From: an uncultured delta proteobacterium
Lineage (GTDB): Bacteria; Myxococcota_A; Polyangia; Polyangiales; Polyangiaceae
Assembly: GCA_963696385.1 (NCBI GenBank)
Contig: CAVOKF010000003.1
Coordinates: 256,001-320,000, forward strand
Length of the DNA stretch: 64,000 bases
Direction of reading: 5' to 3'
The notes under the pieces are model-generated. The model was not told the DNA's origin. It searched no databases and worked only from the letters and a program-made list of their open reading frames with translations. Shown one piece after another: positions 41,266 through 51,183 of the stretch (position 1 is the first letter of the stretch; every line of letters begins with the position of its first letter). A program made the position numbers and the translations under genes.

Positions 41266-42846
41266 TCACTCCGCGTGCAGGGAAGATGCGGACCGCGCGG
41301 CCGGCGCGTCGACCGCGAGCTGCGCGCGGATCTGGCTCAACTTGGTCCACGGCGCCTCATAGCCGAGCGCCAGAGCGAGGTCGGCTACCTGCTTCCAGGC
41401 CGGCTTGCTGGCCCCCTGCGGCTCGATCGCCTTCTCGCTCGCCTGACGCAGACCTCGGGCGTTTACGTACGTCGCCGCGTGCTCCGCCCAGGACGTCGCG
41501 GGCAACAGAACCGTCGCGACCGCCGTCAAAGGACCGTCGTGAGCGGCAATCACGACGATGGTCGCACGCCGTATCGGCTCGATGTCGGCCGACACGACGC
41601 CTCCGAGCGCGATGATGTGGGTCACGCGCCCCGCCGTGACCTCGTCGGCGAGGGCGCCGATCTCGAGGACGCCTGAAGCCAAGAGCTGGACCCCCCTCGT
41701 ATTCGGGTTTTTGTCGCGATGAATGAGGATGTCGTCTTCGTACCCGTCCGGTTTGCCGCTCACGAAAAAGCGTTTCGTACCCATGAGAGCGCCAAGCTGA
41801 AGCAGCGCCCAATTGTCTTCCAACGAGTGCTGCGCGGACAGCACCAGGGCAACCGACTCCTTCGACGCCTCGGCGAAGAGCGAGTTCGCCCGCTCGAGAG
41901 CGCGCGCGGTCGAAGTCGACACCCCCTGAATCTTCGACTCGAGCACGCGTCCGTCGTGGGCGTCCTTGTACGTGAGCATTCCGTCGTCACACATCCAGAA
42001 CTTGTTCACCTTCTCGTTGTCCCGCGGTCGGTAGCGATACGCGCGGTTGTTGCGCGGGTCGTAGTCGAGATGCGCGTTGCATCCCGTTGCGCAGCCTTGG
42101 CACACCGAAGACGCCGTGCGCAAAAACCAAACACGCGCCTTGAAACGGAAGTCCTTGGTCGTCAGCGCTCCGACGGGGCAGACATGCTCGGTCATGAAGG
42201 TGTAGTGGCCGTCGAGCTGTCGCCCCGGGGCCACCATAATTTCGTTCAAGTTGCCGCGCTCGCGCATGTCGAGCACAGGATCCTTGGCCACTTCGGCCAT
42301 GAATCGGATGCACCGCGTACACATGACGCAACGTTCTCCGTCGTAAACAATCGTCGGCCCGAAAACGACCGCCTTCGGCTTATGAACGGGCTCGTCGCGC
42401 ATGCGCTTTTGATACTTGCCATGCTCGAGCCAGTAGTCCTGCAACTTGCATTCACCCGACTGGTCGCAAATAGGACAATCGACCGGGTGGTTGAGGAGCA
42501 GAAACTCCTGCACGTCGCGTCGTGCCTCGCGAACGTGATCGCTCGTATCCCCCAATACCTCCATGCCATCGACCGCCGACGTGTAGCATGCCGGTTGCAA
42601 TTTCGGCTTCTGCCGCGTGCGGTACGCACCGGACTTTGAGTCCCATTCCAGGATGTCGAGCATCGGAGGTCGCGTTCCCGGCTTGGGCGCGATTTCGACG
42701 AGACACATGCGACAGTTCGCGGGCGCCGAGAGTCCGGGATGCCAGCAATAGTGAGGAATCTCGATCCCCTGCCGCCATGCCGCCTTGATGATCGTGTCGC
42801 CGGGCTCGAAGGGGATTGCGTGGCCGTCGAGTTTGAATGTGGGCAT
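41266..42846 (-). CDS. nuoG: NADH-quinone oxidoreductase subunit G (short form)
   Basis: IPHYCWH, CRMCLVE, NHPVDCPICDQSGECKLQD, CVMCTRCIRF, CPVGAL, CQGCATGC. Confidence 0.92.
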   Translation of the reverse strand: MPTFKLDGHAIPFEPGDTIIKAAWRQGIEIPHYCWHPGLSAPANCRMCLVEIAPKPGTRPPMLDILEWDSKSGAYRTRQKPKLQPACYTSAVDGMEVLGDTSDHVREARRDVQEFLLLNHPVDCPICDQSGECKLQDYWLEHGKYQKRMRDEPVHKPKAVVFGPTIVYDGERCVMCTRCIRFMAEVAKDPVLDMRERGNLNEIMVAPGRQLDGHYTFMTEHVCPVGALTTKDFRFKARVWFLRTASSVCQGCATGCNAHLDYDPRNNRAYRYRPRDNEKVNKFWMCDDGMLTYKDAHDGRVLESKIQGVSTSTARALERANSLFAEASKESVALVLSAQHSLEDNWALLQLGALMGTKRFFVSGKPDGYEDDILIHRDKNPNTRGVQLLASGVLEIGALADEVTAGRVTHIIALGGVVSADIEPIRRATIVVIAAHDGPLTAVATVLLPATSWAEHAATYVNARGLRQASEKAIEPQGASKPAWKQVADLALALGYEAPWTKLSQIRAQLAVDAPAARSASSLHAE

Positions 42847-43035
42847 TCGCGTTTTCCGCTGGGGGACGCGCTTTGCGGCCCCGGTCCGTAGGTCCTCGGG
42901 ACGGCAGAAGCCGCCTCCGTTCGTGGGTGCTCTAGGGCGGGCCGATCCGCCGATTCGTGGAGCGCTTCGCGGCGGCGGAGCCGTTGCCCTCTCTTGTTGC
43001 TTCGGAACCGTGAAGCCGCCGCCGTTGCGAGGTCG

Positions 43036-44250
43036 TCAATGATCGCACTCTCCACCGACCATATTGAGCGAGCCAAACGTGGGGACGATGTCGCTCAACA
43101 TTCGGCCCTCGAGCAATTTGAATAGACCACCTGTAATCTGAAAACATGGAGGACGGATCCGCACGCGATACGGCGTCCCTGTACCATCCGACACGAGGTA
43201 GTAACCGAGCTCGCCGTTGGCCGCTTCCGTGTACGAGTATGTCTCGCCTTTCGGGATCTTCGCGCCCTCCATGATCAGCTTGAAATGCTGTATGGTGGCC
43301 TCAATCGTCGTGTACACATCCATCTTGTTCGGAAGGACGAAGCGCGGATCGTCGCAGTTGATTGGGCCTTCGTCCGCCATGCGGTCGAGCGATTGATCGA
43401 TGATGCGTTTCGCTTGGCGAATTTCTCCGAGACGGACCAGAAAGCGATCGAGTGTGTCGCCCCGCGTTCCAACCGGGACATCAAAGTCGACCTCGTCGTA
43501 CTTGAGATAGGGGTGTGCCTTTCGCACGTCGTAGGGAACGCCACTGGCGCGAAGGCAAGGCCCCGTCCAACCGAGCGCCACGGCATCGGCCGCTTTCATC
43601 GTCCCAACGCTCTCGACACGGTCGAGAAAGATGCGGTTTCTCAGCAGCATCTTTTCGCCCTCTTCGACGAGCGCTACGATTTTCGGGAGCGCCGCTCGGC
43701 AGAGCCCCTTGAAGTCGCGGCTGGGCGGTTGGGCCATTCCACCAACCCGGCCGAACGAGTGGGTGAGGCGCGCACCGGTTTCCTCTTCGAGGATGTCCCA
43801 AACCATCTCGCGCGCCTTCACGAACCACAGAAATGGAGTGAATGCCCCGAGCTCCATGGCGATGGCGCCGTCGCATGTCAGATGGTCGCTGATCCGCGCG
43901 AGTTCGCCGAGAATCATCCGGTACCACTGACACCGATCGGGAACAACGAGCCCGCACAGCTTCTCGACCGCCAGCGCGTATCCGACGTTGTTCAACATCG
44001 GCGACACGTAGTTCAGGCGATCGACATACGGGAAGACTTGCGCCCAAGTCCCCCGCTCGCACATCTTCTCGAAGCCCCGATGCAAGTACCCGATCTGCAC
44101 GTCCGTCTTGAGGATGGTCTCACCGGAAAGCTCGAGCACGATACGAACGGTGCCATGCATCGCCGGATGCGAAGGGCCCATGTTCAAGTGCATGGGCTCC
44201 GCGGGCAGCTCGAGTTCGCCCTCCTCGAAATCGATATCCAGGGGTTCCAT
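43036..44250 (-). CDS. nuoD: NADH-quinone oxidoreductase subunit D
   Basis: LNMGPSHPAMHG, GYLHRGFEK, DRLNY, EAANGELG, GECD. Confidence 0.97.
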   Translation of the reverse strand: MEPLDIDFEEGELELPAEPMHLNMGPSHPAMHGTVRIVLELSGETILKTDVQIGYLHRGFEKMCERGTWAQVFPYVDRLNYVSPMLNNVGYALAVEKLCGLVVPDRCQWYRMILGELARISDHLTCDGAIAMELGAFTPFLWFVKAREMVWDILEEETGARLTHSFGRVGGMAQPPSRDFKGLCRAALPKIVALVEEGEKMLLRNRIFLDRVESVGTMKAADAVALGWTGPCLRASGVPYDVRKAHPYLKYDEVDFDVPVGTRGDTLDRFLVRLGEIRQAKRIIDQSLDRMADEGPINCDDPRFVLPNKMDVYTTIEATIQHFKLIMEGAKIPKGETYSYTEAANGELGYYLVSDGTGTPYRVRIRPPCFQITGGLFKLLEGRMLSDIVPTFGSLNMVGGECDH

Positions 44251-44253
44251 GGG

Positions 44254-44841
44254 TCAGTTTTCCTCGAGACGAGGCGAACCGGCACGCCCGAACGGCATAC
44301 CTTCGTCGGGACCAAATGGCTCGAGCTTGTTGAGCGGCACTCCGGCCTCGTCCTCCGTGCGATACGCCACGAGCGGTTGCGTCCGGTCGGCAGGATACGT
44401 CTTTTGCAGCGGATGCCCTTCGAACTCCGGATACATGAGAATGCGCCGCATGTCCGGGTGCCCGCGGAACCGAACCCCACTCATGTCCCACACCTCGCGC
44501 TCCAACCAATTCATTCCCGCCCAGATCGACGTGACACTGTCGAGCTCCGCTCCGTCCATATCCTCGTCGCCGACGCGCGCTTTCACCCGAACACGGTGCC
44601 GCTTCGAAATCGAATAAAGGTGCATCACGACTTCGGTTCGGGGAATGCGGTCCGGATAATCGACGCCGCAAAGGTCGACGGGCAGATCGAAATCGAGCGT
44701 CGGCTCCTCGCGCAAGAACTGGGCGATGGCCTTCCACTGGCTCGGTTCCACGACGGCGGTGTCATCGCCGAAATCCGAATGAGTCTCGAGAATCGAAGTC
44801 CCAAAACGGGACCTGAGCGCGTCCAGAACGTACTGACTCAC
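44254..44841 (-). CDS. nuoC: NADH-quinone oxidoreductase subunit C
   Basis: DLCGVDY, WLEREVWDMSG..F.GHPDMRRIL..GHPLQK; GTG start overlapping nuoB stop. Confidence 0.95.
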   Translation of the reverse strand: MSQYVLDALRSRFGTSILETHSDFGDDTAVVEPSQWKAIAQFLREEPTLDFDLPVDLCGVDYPDRIPRTEVVMHLYSISKRHRVRVKARVGDEDMDGAELDSVTSIWAGMNWLEREVWDMSGVRFRGHPDMRRILMYPEFEGHPLQKTYPADRTQPLVAYRTEDEAGVPLNKLEPFGPDEGMPFGRAGSPRLEEN

Positions 44842-45494
44842 CGAGTGCCTCCGCGAACGGAAGGGACCGTTGCCAAAGTTTCCGACGCCGTCTTCTCCCG
44901 GGCCTCGAGAATGGGCACCAGATCTCGTGGATCGACGGCGGAACGGCGCAGTCTCACCAAATCGTCGACGTCTCGAACGGGGTCGAACCGAGGCTTCACG
45001 ACGCCAGGGCGCTTCTCGTTCCGAGCGATCTTGTCCTGCAGAAGCATCAGACCGTCGAGCACGGCCTCGGGACGGGGGGGGCACCCCGGGATATACACGT
45101 CCGTCGGGATGATTTTGTCGATTCCGGGCACCGTCGTGTAGTTGTCGTAAAAGCCACCGCTCGAGGCGCACGTTCCGAAAGCCATGACGTATTTCGGCGA
45201 CATCATTTGCTCGTAGATCCGGCGGAGGGCGGGCCCTTGCCGTTGACTTATCGTGCCGACCACCCACAACAAGTCGGCCTGGCGTGGTGAAAACCGCGGC
45301 GCCTCCGCCCCAAAGCGTGCCAGATCGAAGCGCGGACTGTTGACAGCCATGAACTCCATGCCGCAACACGCCGTCACGAACGGGTAGGCAAAGAGCGAAT
45401 ATTTACGAGCCCAGCCGAGGAGCGCGTCGACCTTCGTCGTCGCGAAGCCCTGTTCGCTGCCCGAAACCGTAAGCGAACGATTCAGGTCTCCCAT
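44838..45494 (-). CDS. nuoB: NADH-quinone oxidoreductase subunit B
   Basis: TACCGMEF, SPRQAD, GTCASSGG, DVYIPGCPPRPE. Confidence 0.97.
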   Translation of the reverse strand: MGDLNRSLTVSGSEQGFATTKVDALLGWARKYSLFAYPFVTACCGMEFMAVNSPRFDLARFGAEAPRFSPRQADLLWVVGTISQRQGPALRRIYEQMMSPKYVMAFGTCASSGGFYDNYTTVPGIDKIIPTDVYIPGCPPRPEAVLDGLMLLQDKIARNEKRPGVVKPRFDPVRDVDDLVRLRRSAVDPRDLVPILEAREKTASETLATVPSVRGGTR

Positions 45495-45844
45495 TCGAGC
45501 GCCCCTTTTTTCCAAACGTAGACAAGCGCAACGACGATGACCGACAGGAAACTCACCATTTCGGCCAGCCCGAACCAGCCGAGCTCACGAAAGTGAACGG
45601 CCCACGGATAAACGAACACCGATTCGATGTCGAAGACCACGAACAAGATGGCGGTCAAATAGAACTTGACAGAAAGCTTGACGTCGCGACCGCCGACGCT
45701 TTCGCTACCACATTCGAACGGAGCGTACTTTTCGGCGGTCGGCTTCTTGTCGCGACCAAGAAAGGTCGCGAGTCCCCAAAACAAGGACGCGACGGCGCCC
45801 GCAGTGAGCAACATCAGAAACATCGGCAAGTAGGCAGCGATCAT
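45482..45844 (-). CDS. nuoA: NADH-quinone oxidoreductase subunit A
   Basis: PFECG, FYLTAILFVVFDIE, YVWKKGALEW. Confidence 0.96.
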   Translation of the reverse strand: MIAAYLPMFLMLLTAGAVASLFWGLATFLGRDKKPTAEKYAPFECGSESVGGRDVKLSVKFYLTAILFVVFDIESVFVYPWAVHFRELGWFGLAEMVSFLSVIVVALVYVWKKGALEWET

Positions 45845-45899
45845 TCGCTCGTCCCGACAGGCGTCGCGCGCGAAAGACGCACGATAAAAGCCGCTCGGA

Positions 45900-45928
45900 T
45901 TTGTAGTGCCAGCCGCCGCATGTGTCAA
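45900..45928 (-). promoter_or_regulatory. Putative sigma70 promoter of the nuo operon
   Basis: TTGACA-N17-TACAAA on the minus strand, about 55 bp upstream of nuoA. Confidence 0.55.
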
Positions 45929-46059
45929 CGACCGGTCCCCAGCCGCACTCGAGGTGGCGGCGGCTTCTCGGCGATCCTCTCGGCCCTCGCCTGCCCGCCG
46001 GAGCGGCGCTCACTTGGACGTCGCGCCGGAACGGATCCGTGCCCGGCGTACCCGGCTCG

Positions 46060-48822
46060 TCACGCTGCGGCGGTCCTCGCGAGTCGGACGTCCATCCAGA
46101 CCGCGAGCGCCAACACGACGCCGCGCGCAATGAATTTGAGCTCCGGAGACACCGCCAAAAGGGTCATCCCGTTCAAAAGCGTGGCCATAATCAGTGCCCC
46201 GAACATCACGCCCAGGACCGTCCCACGGCCACCTCGCAGGCTCGTTCCGCCGATGACGCAGGCTGCGACGGCGTCGAGCTCCATCAGGCTGCCGACGGTC
46301 GTCGTTGAGGCTCCGGCGTACGCCGTTTCGAGAAGTCCGGTCAGCGCGACGATGACGCCCATTGCGCCGAACGCTAGGATCACGGTTCGGTCGACCGCGA
46401 TTCCCGAAACCATCGCGGCCTCCTCGTTGCCTCCGATCGCGTAAAGATGGCGGCCGAAAGGCGTGTCGCGGAGCAGAACGGCCATCGCCCAGGCCACCGC
46501 GCCGAGAATGATGGCCGCCAGCGGAAGTCCGCGATAACGGTTTGCCACGAGGACGAACAGGAAGAGCGCCTGCGCCGTCGTCAGGATCTTGAGTTGCGCG
46601 ATCTCCGAATCCTCCACACGAACGTTGAGCGCACGTCGACGCCGTCGAGACCGGATCTGCACCGTCGCCAGGACGACCACGACGACCGTGGCGAGCGCCA
46701 GCCCCACGGGTCGTGAGAAGTAGTACGTCGTCAACAGCGAGAAGGCGTTGCTCGTCCCTCCCCTCGCGACCGGAACGGTGGCGTTCTGGATGACCAACCA
46801 GTGGAGCCCTTTGAACACCAGAAGTCCTCCCAGCGTGATGATGAACGACGGCACCCGCTGTTTCACGATGAGGCCGCCCATGGCCAGCCACACACCAATC
46901 CCGAGCGCGACGACAACGGCCATCGCGACCGGCGCAGGCCAACGGTGCTGGAAGACCAAGACGCTTGCGACGGCGCCGAGCAGGCCAACGCCGCTGCCGA
47001 CCGAAAGGTCAATCTGGCCCGCAATGATGACGAGGAGCATGCCGAGGGCAAGCACAGCCGTAATCGAGAGCTCGATGACCAGCATCGTTAGGTTTCGCGG
47101 TCCCAAGAACGACGGAGCTCGCGCCGTGAAATAGGTGACAATCGCGGCCAAGGCGATCACCATCGAAAAATCACGCGTCGACAGACGATTCGCCATTGGC
47201 CTCAACTCCGAAGGAGGAATGTCTTCTTTGTTTGCGCTCGACAGACGGTCGGGCCTCGAGTCCGTCCGGGAAATGGGGCCCCGTGTCTCGACGGTTGCTT
47301 GCGCCATCGGATTCTGATCCATAGCCGCGGCGAGCACCGTCTCAGGCGTGGCGGCCGCGCGGTCGAACACGCCCGTAATCGAACCCTCGTGCAAGACGAC
47401 GAGGCGGTCGGACATTCCCATGAGCTCTGGCAACTCACTCGAGACCAGCACCACCGCCTTGCCCTCATCCGTCAAGCGGTTCACGAGCTGGTAGACGTCG
47501 ACTTTGGCCGCGACGTCAATGCCGCGCGTCGGCTCGTCCAAGAGGACGACCTTCGGCTCGATGATCAAGGCCTTTCCCAGAACGACCTTTTGTTGATTGC
47601 CCCCTGACAGATCGCCGACTCGACCGTCGAGGTCCCGCGCTTTGATGCGGAGCGATTCGAACAACGGCGTCACGGCTCGCCGTTCTTCGGGTTGGTCGAT
47701 GAACCCCCACGGAGCAAACCGATCGACCACCGATAGCGATAGGTTGAACGCAACGCTCTGGTCGAGCACGAGTCCGAAACGCTTTCGGTCCTCGCTCACG
47801 AGCACCATGCCTGTCGCCATCGAATCACGCGGGGATCCGGCCGCCACTCGACATCCGTCGACGAAGACGCATCCCGCCCGGCGAGAACCCCAGACTCCGA
47901 ACAAGTGCATCAGGAGCTCCGTGCGTCCCGCACCCATCAAGCCACCGATTCCGAGCACTTCCCCGGCGCGCACGTCGAACGAAATGTTTCTCAGGGCGAG
48001 CGGTCCCCGCGCTCGCGCCGCGACGTCGAGCGATTCGACGCGCAGAAGCGACCGTCCGAAGCTTTTTGCTCGACGAGGAAATAGCTCTCGGATCTCGCGC
48101 CCGACCATGTGACGAATGACTTCGTCGGCGTTCGTCGACATCGTGTCGAGAGTGACGATGCTACGGCCGTCGCGCAGGACTGTGATGCGATCGGCCAGCG
48201 CAAACACCTCGTCGAGCTTGTGCGATACATAAACACAGGCCACACCGCGGCGCCTAAGATCGCGTAGGATGTCGAGGAGAGCCGCAACCTCATGATCCGC
48301 GAGCGCGGCGGTTGGCTCGTCCAAGATGAGGACGCGTGACTTCCTGCGTAGAGCCCGAACGATCTCCACGAGCTGCTTTCGTCCGACACCGAGCGTCCCA
48401 AGCGGCGCTTGAACGTCGACTTCGATGCGAAAGTGCGCGAAGACCCCTGCGGCCTCGCCGTACATCCGGTCCCAGTCGATCCGCGGGCCACGACGCGGTT
48501 CGTCCCCCAGAAAGACATTCTCCGCGACGGTCATTTCATCGACCAACGCCAGCTCTTGGTGAACGACGGCGATACCCGCGCGTTCCGCGTCGCGAACCGA
48601 CCCAAATCGGGCCGGTTTGCCCTCGATCGACAGCGATCCACCGAACGCATCGGCGGCGTAAACGCCGCCGATGACTCGGATGAGCGTCGACTTGCCAGCT
48701 CCGTTTTCGCCCACGAGCGCGTGAATCTCGCCGGCGCGCAAGTCGAATGTCACTCCGTCGAGAGCGACGACGCCGCCGAAACGCTTGACGATGCCATCGG
48801 CGCGAAAGAGAGGACCGTTCAC
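46060..48822 (-). CDS. Sugar ABC transporter ATPase (XylG-like) in frame with permease (XylH-like)
   Basis: GENGAGKST, LSGGNQQK, DEPTRGID; from ATG 47196 permease motifs IDLSVGS, AIGGNEEAA, GGTSLRGGRG. Confidence 0.9.
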   Translation of the reverse strand: MNGPLFRADGIVKRFGGVVALDGVTFDLRAGEIHALVGENGAGKSTLIRVIGGVYAADAFGGSLSIEGKPARFGSVRDAERAGIAVVHQELALVDEMTVAENVFLGDEPRRGPRIDWDRMYGEAAGVFAHFRIEVDVQAPLGTLGVGRKQLVEIVRALRRKSRVLILDEPTAALADHEVAALLDILRDLRRRGVACVYVSHKLDEVFALADRITVLRDGRSIVTLDTMSTNADEVIRHMVGREIRELFPRRAKSFGRSLLRVESLDVAARARGPLALRNISFDVRAGEVLGIGGLMGAGRTELLMHLFGVWGSRRAGCVFVDGCRVAAGSPRDSMATGMVLVSEDRKRFGLVLDQSVAFNLSLSVVDRFAPWGFIDQPEERRAVTPLFESLRIKARDLDGRVGDLSGGNQQKVVLGKALIIEPKVVLLDEPTRGIDVAAKVDVYQLVNRLTDEGKAVVLVSSELPELMGMSDRLVVLHEGSITGVFDRAAATPETVLAAAMDQNPMAQATVETRGPISRTDSRPDRLSSANKEDIPPSELRPMANRLSTRDFSMVIALAAIVTYFTARAPSFLGPRNLTMLVIELSITAVLALGMLLVIIAGQIDLSVGSGVGLLGAVASVLVFQHRWPAPVAMAVVVALGIGVWLAMGGLIVKQRVPSFIITLGGLLVFKGLHWLVIQNATVPVARGGTSNAFSLLTTYYFSRPVGLALATVVVVVLATVQIRSRRRRRALNVRVEDSEIAQLKILTTAQALFLFVLVANRYRGLPLAAIILGAVAWAMAVLLRDTPFGRHLYAIGGNEEAAMVSGIAVDRTVILAFGAMGVIVALTGLLETAYAGASTTTVGSLMELDAVAACVIGGTSLRGGRGTVLGVMFGALIMATLLNGMTLLAVSPELKFIARGVVLALAVWMDVRLARTAAA

Positions 48823-49883
48823 CGCACCCCGCCGTACACGTCTTGTTGCGAAAGGAACCCGTCGCGAACGACCGTATCCATCATATTGTCGCGGGTGGCG
48901 ACGATGACGTCCTCGAGCACCGACGGAACCTCAAAGGCGCCGTTGTTGACGGTCTGGTGCGCGACGACAACGCGGCGCCTCGCCATCCGAACCGCTAGAT
49001 CGACCGCAGCGTCGGCGAGCCTCTCGATCGGCTTGTAAACCGTCATCGCTTGTGTACCCGCGACGATCCGCTGACACGCGACGAGCTCAGCGTCCTGCCC
49101 CGTGACGACCACCTTGCCGGCAAGTCCTTCCTCCGAGAGCGCTTGAATGGCACCACCGGCGGTCCCGTCGTTGGAGGCCAGGATGGCGTCGATGGCGGTT
49201 CCGTGTTGCGAGATCGCCGCGTTAACGATCTTTTTCGCGTTTTCCGGCTTCCAGTCTTCGGCCCAATCCTCTTGGACGACCAGGATATCGTGACGCTCGA
49301 TGTACGGGCGCAGAACGTTGTCCTGTCCCTGCTTGAACAGGTGAGCGTTGTTGTCCCCCTTCGAGCCGTAAATCCGAACGATTCGGCCTTTACCTGGGGT
49401 TGGCAAATGCGAAACGAGATACTCGGCCTGGAGCTCTCCGACGCGTACATTGTCGAAAGAAACGTAGAGGTCGACGTCGGCGTCGCGGATCATGCGATCG
49501 TAGGCGATGACGGGGACCCCGGACTCATGAGCCATCGTCACGGCTTTGCTCATGGCCATGCCATCGTGGGGAACGACGATGAGAACATTCACCCGACGCG
49601 TCAACAGGGCCTGAACGTCAGCGATTTGACGAGCGTCGTCGCTGTTGGCCGATTGCACCAGGATATCGGCCCCGAGCGATGCCGCGCGCGAGAGCATGCG
49701 ATCGCGGTCCCGTTGCCATCGCGCTTCCTTGAGCGTGTCCATCGACAAGCCGATCGTCACACGATCCGCGGAGGATGGAGCCCCTTCGGCCGCGCTCGAG
49801 GGACTGCGCCCGTGACCGAGAGCGAGGCCAATGGCCACGCTGAGTGCCAAAGACAGCACCATAAGCCCAACTCGTGCGTTCAT
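48819..49883 (-). CDS. Sugar ABC transporter substrate-binding protein (XylF-like)
   Basis: TLKEARWQRDRD, VIAYDRMI, SFDNVRVG, SNDGTAGG, GQDAE, MTVYKP. Confidence 0.92.
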   Translation of the reverse strand: MNARVGLMVLSLALSVAIGLALGHGRSPSSAAEGAPSSADRVTIGLSMDTLKEARWQRDRDRMLSRAASLGADILVQSANSDDARQIADVQALLTRRVNVLIVVPHDGMAMSKAVTMAHESGVPVIAYDRMIRDADVDLYVSFDNVRVGELQAEYLVSHLPTPGKGRIVRIYGSKGDNNAHLFKQGQDNVLRPYIERHDILVVQEDWAEDWKPENAKKIVNAAISQHGTAIDAILASNDGTAGGAIQALSEEGLAGKVVVTGQDAELVACQRIVAGTQAMTVYKPIERLADAAVDLAVRMARRRVVVAHQTVNNGAFEVPSVLEDVIVATRDNMMDTVVRDGFLSQQDVYGGVR

Positions 49884-49998
49884 TGTCTGCTTTCCGGAAC
49901 GGGAAGATTCGCTCCATCCGTCGACGTGTGGCCAGGCGCGTTTTGCCGCCACGGCCCCGAACTTCATTTTTGTCGCCTCTGCAGAAACGCTCGAGCGG

Positions 49999-51141
49999 CT
50001 ACCTCGACGGTGAACCGGCGTGGCCGACGATGCGGGCCTTCCACGCCGTCAGCGGGACCCCCAAGGCCCCCTCGGTCGTCCGGAGTTCGTCGGCAATCTC
50101 GCGTTCGTTTACGCCGGAATCCAGTGCCTCCCGAAGGCACGCGTAGGCCGCCACCCACTTTTTGCGCTTGATGAGAGCGCGGGCCAAGGTCGGCATCAGC
50201 ACACCGGTAGGACCCCCAAATGCCACGGCCCGGCGCAGCGGACCGATAGCCTCGCCCGCACGATCGTTTTGAAGAAGGGCTTCGCCGAGACGCCGAAATA
50301 GATCGGCCGCGGCAAGCCCTTCCTGGGCATACTGGATGCCGATACGGAACACTTCTTCCGCTTGTTCGAGCTCGCCGAGCGCGACGCATGCGCTGCCCAG
50401 AAGTCCGAGCCCCTTCGAGATGAGCGTCCTGGCGTCAGCGCCCAGCGTCTGGCCCTCGGGCGTCCGCAGGAAGATAGCGAGCGGCGCGGGCCATGTACCG
50501 AGCAGCTGAATGACCCTCGGCCACTCATTGCGAAGCGCGGCTGCCTCGGCCTCGGTGACGTTGGACAGGTCGATGGCGTTGCGCGAACCGTTCGTAAGCC
50601 GGTCGAGCTCCTCTCGAACCAGAGCGCGGATGCGAAATCGGAACGCGTCGAGATCGTGCGTTTCTTCCACGCCATCGTGCAGAACGACGAGATGGGGAGT
50701 TCCTCCCTCCTCCTCGAGCGCCAACCTGCGCAACGAATAGCCGTAGAGCGGCGCAAGTAGCAGATACCGGACGCCTATGTAAAGCTGAATGGCCTCGATC
50801 TCGGTATCCCGCGCGGGAGCCGGCGCCTCGTTGGTGTCTTCCACGAGAAGCGCACCGACGAGTCGCCTCCGAAAGTCGGCCAAGGTCAGTCGCTGAGGCT
50901 CTAGATTGTCCTCCGCGTCTCGGGCGCCGACGACGAAGTCGACGAGCGACAGATCCGGATTGCGGCGATCGACGGTGAGTGCCGTGATTCGAGCGCCGAC
51001 GATGACGGAAAAGGCGAAGAATCGCTCGCCGATGATTTCGCAGAGGGCCTGGAAAGAGCCGATCCCCTCCCCAATGCGCTCGAACCATCCATCGGTTCGG
51101 ACGGCTTCGAGCTCGAACTCTGGCGGCGTGTGAGCATCCAT
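49999..51141 (-). CDS. Hypothetical protein with C-terminal TPRs
   Basis: 380-aa globular ORF; LGLLGSACVALGELEQAEEVF, LFRRLGEALL. Confidence 0.75.
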   Translation of the reverse strand: MDAHTPPEFELEAVRTDGWFERIGEGIGSFQALCEIIGERFFAFSVIVGARITALTVDRRNPDLSLVDFVVGARDAEDNLEPQRLTLADFRRRLVGALLVEDTNEAPAPARDTEIEAIQLYIGVRYLLLAPLYGYSLRRLALEEEGGTPHLVVLHDGVEETHDLDAFRFRIRALVREELDRLTNGSRNAIDLSNVTEAEAAALRNEWPRVIQLLGTWPAPLAIFLRTPEGQTLGADARTLISKGLGLLGSACVALGELEQAEEVFRIGIQYAQEGLAAADLFRRLGEALLQNDRAGEAIGPLRRAVAFGGPTGVLMPTLARALIKRKKWVAAYACLREALDSGVNEREIADELRTTEGALGVPLTAWKARIVGHAGSPSR

Positions 51142-51183
51142 CGCAAAAATACGCGGACGCTGACAGTTAGCAGGTAAATGGCC

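Noticed and set aside
42847..43035. nuoEF remnant or ncRNA in the nuoD-nuoG gap
   Set aside because: No recognisable coding remnant or RNA family, only short GAAGCCGCC repeats
43285..45141. 618-aa ORF antisense to nuoBCD
   Set aside because: Antisense shadow caused by codon bias
44254..45369. Apparent 371-aa NuoC
   Set aside because: The upstream part overlaps nuoB out of frame; the real start is GTG 44841
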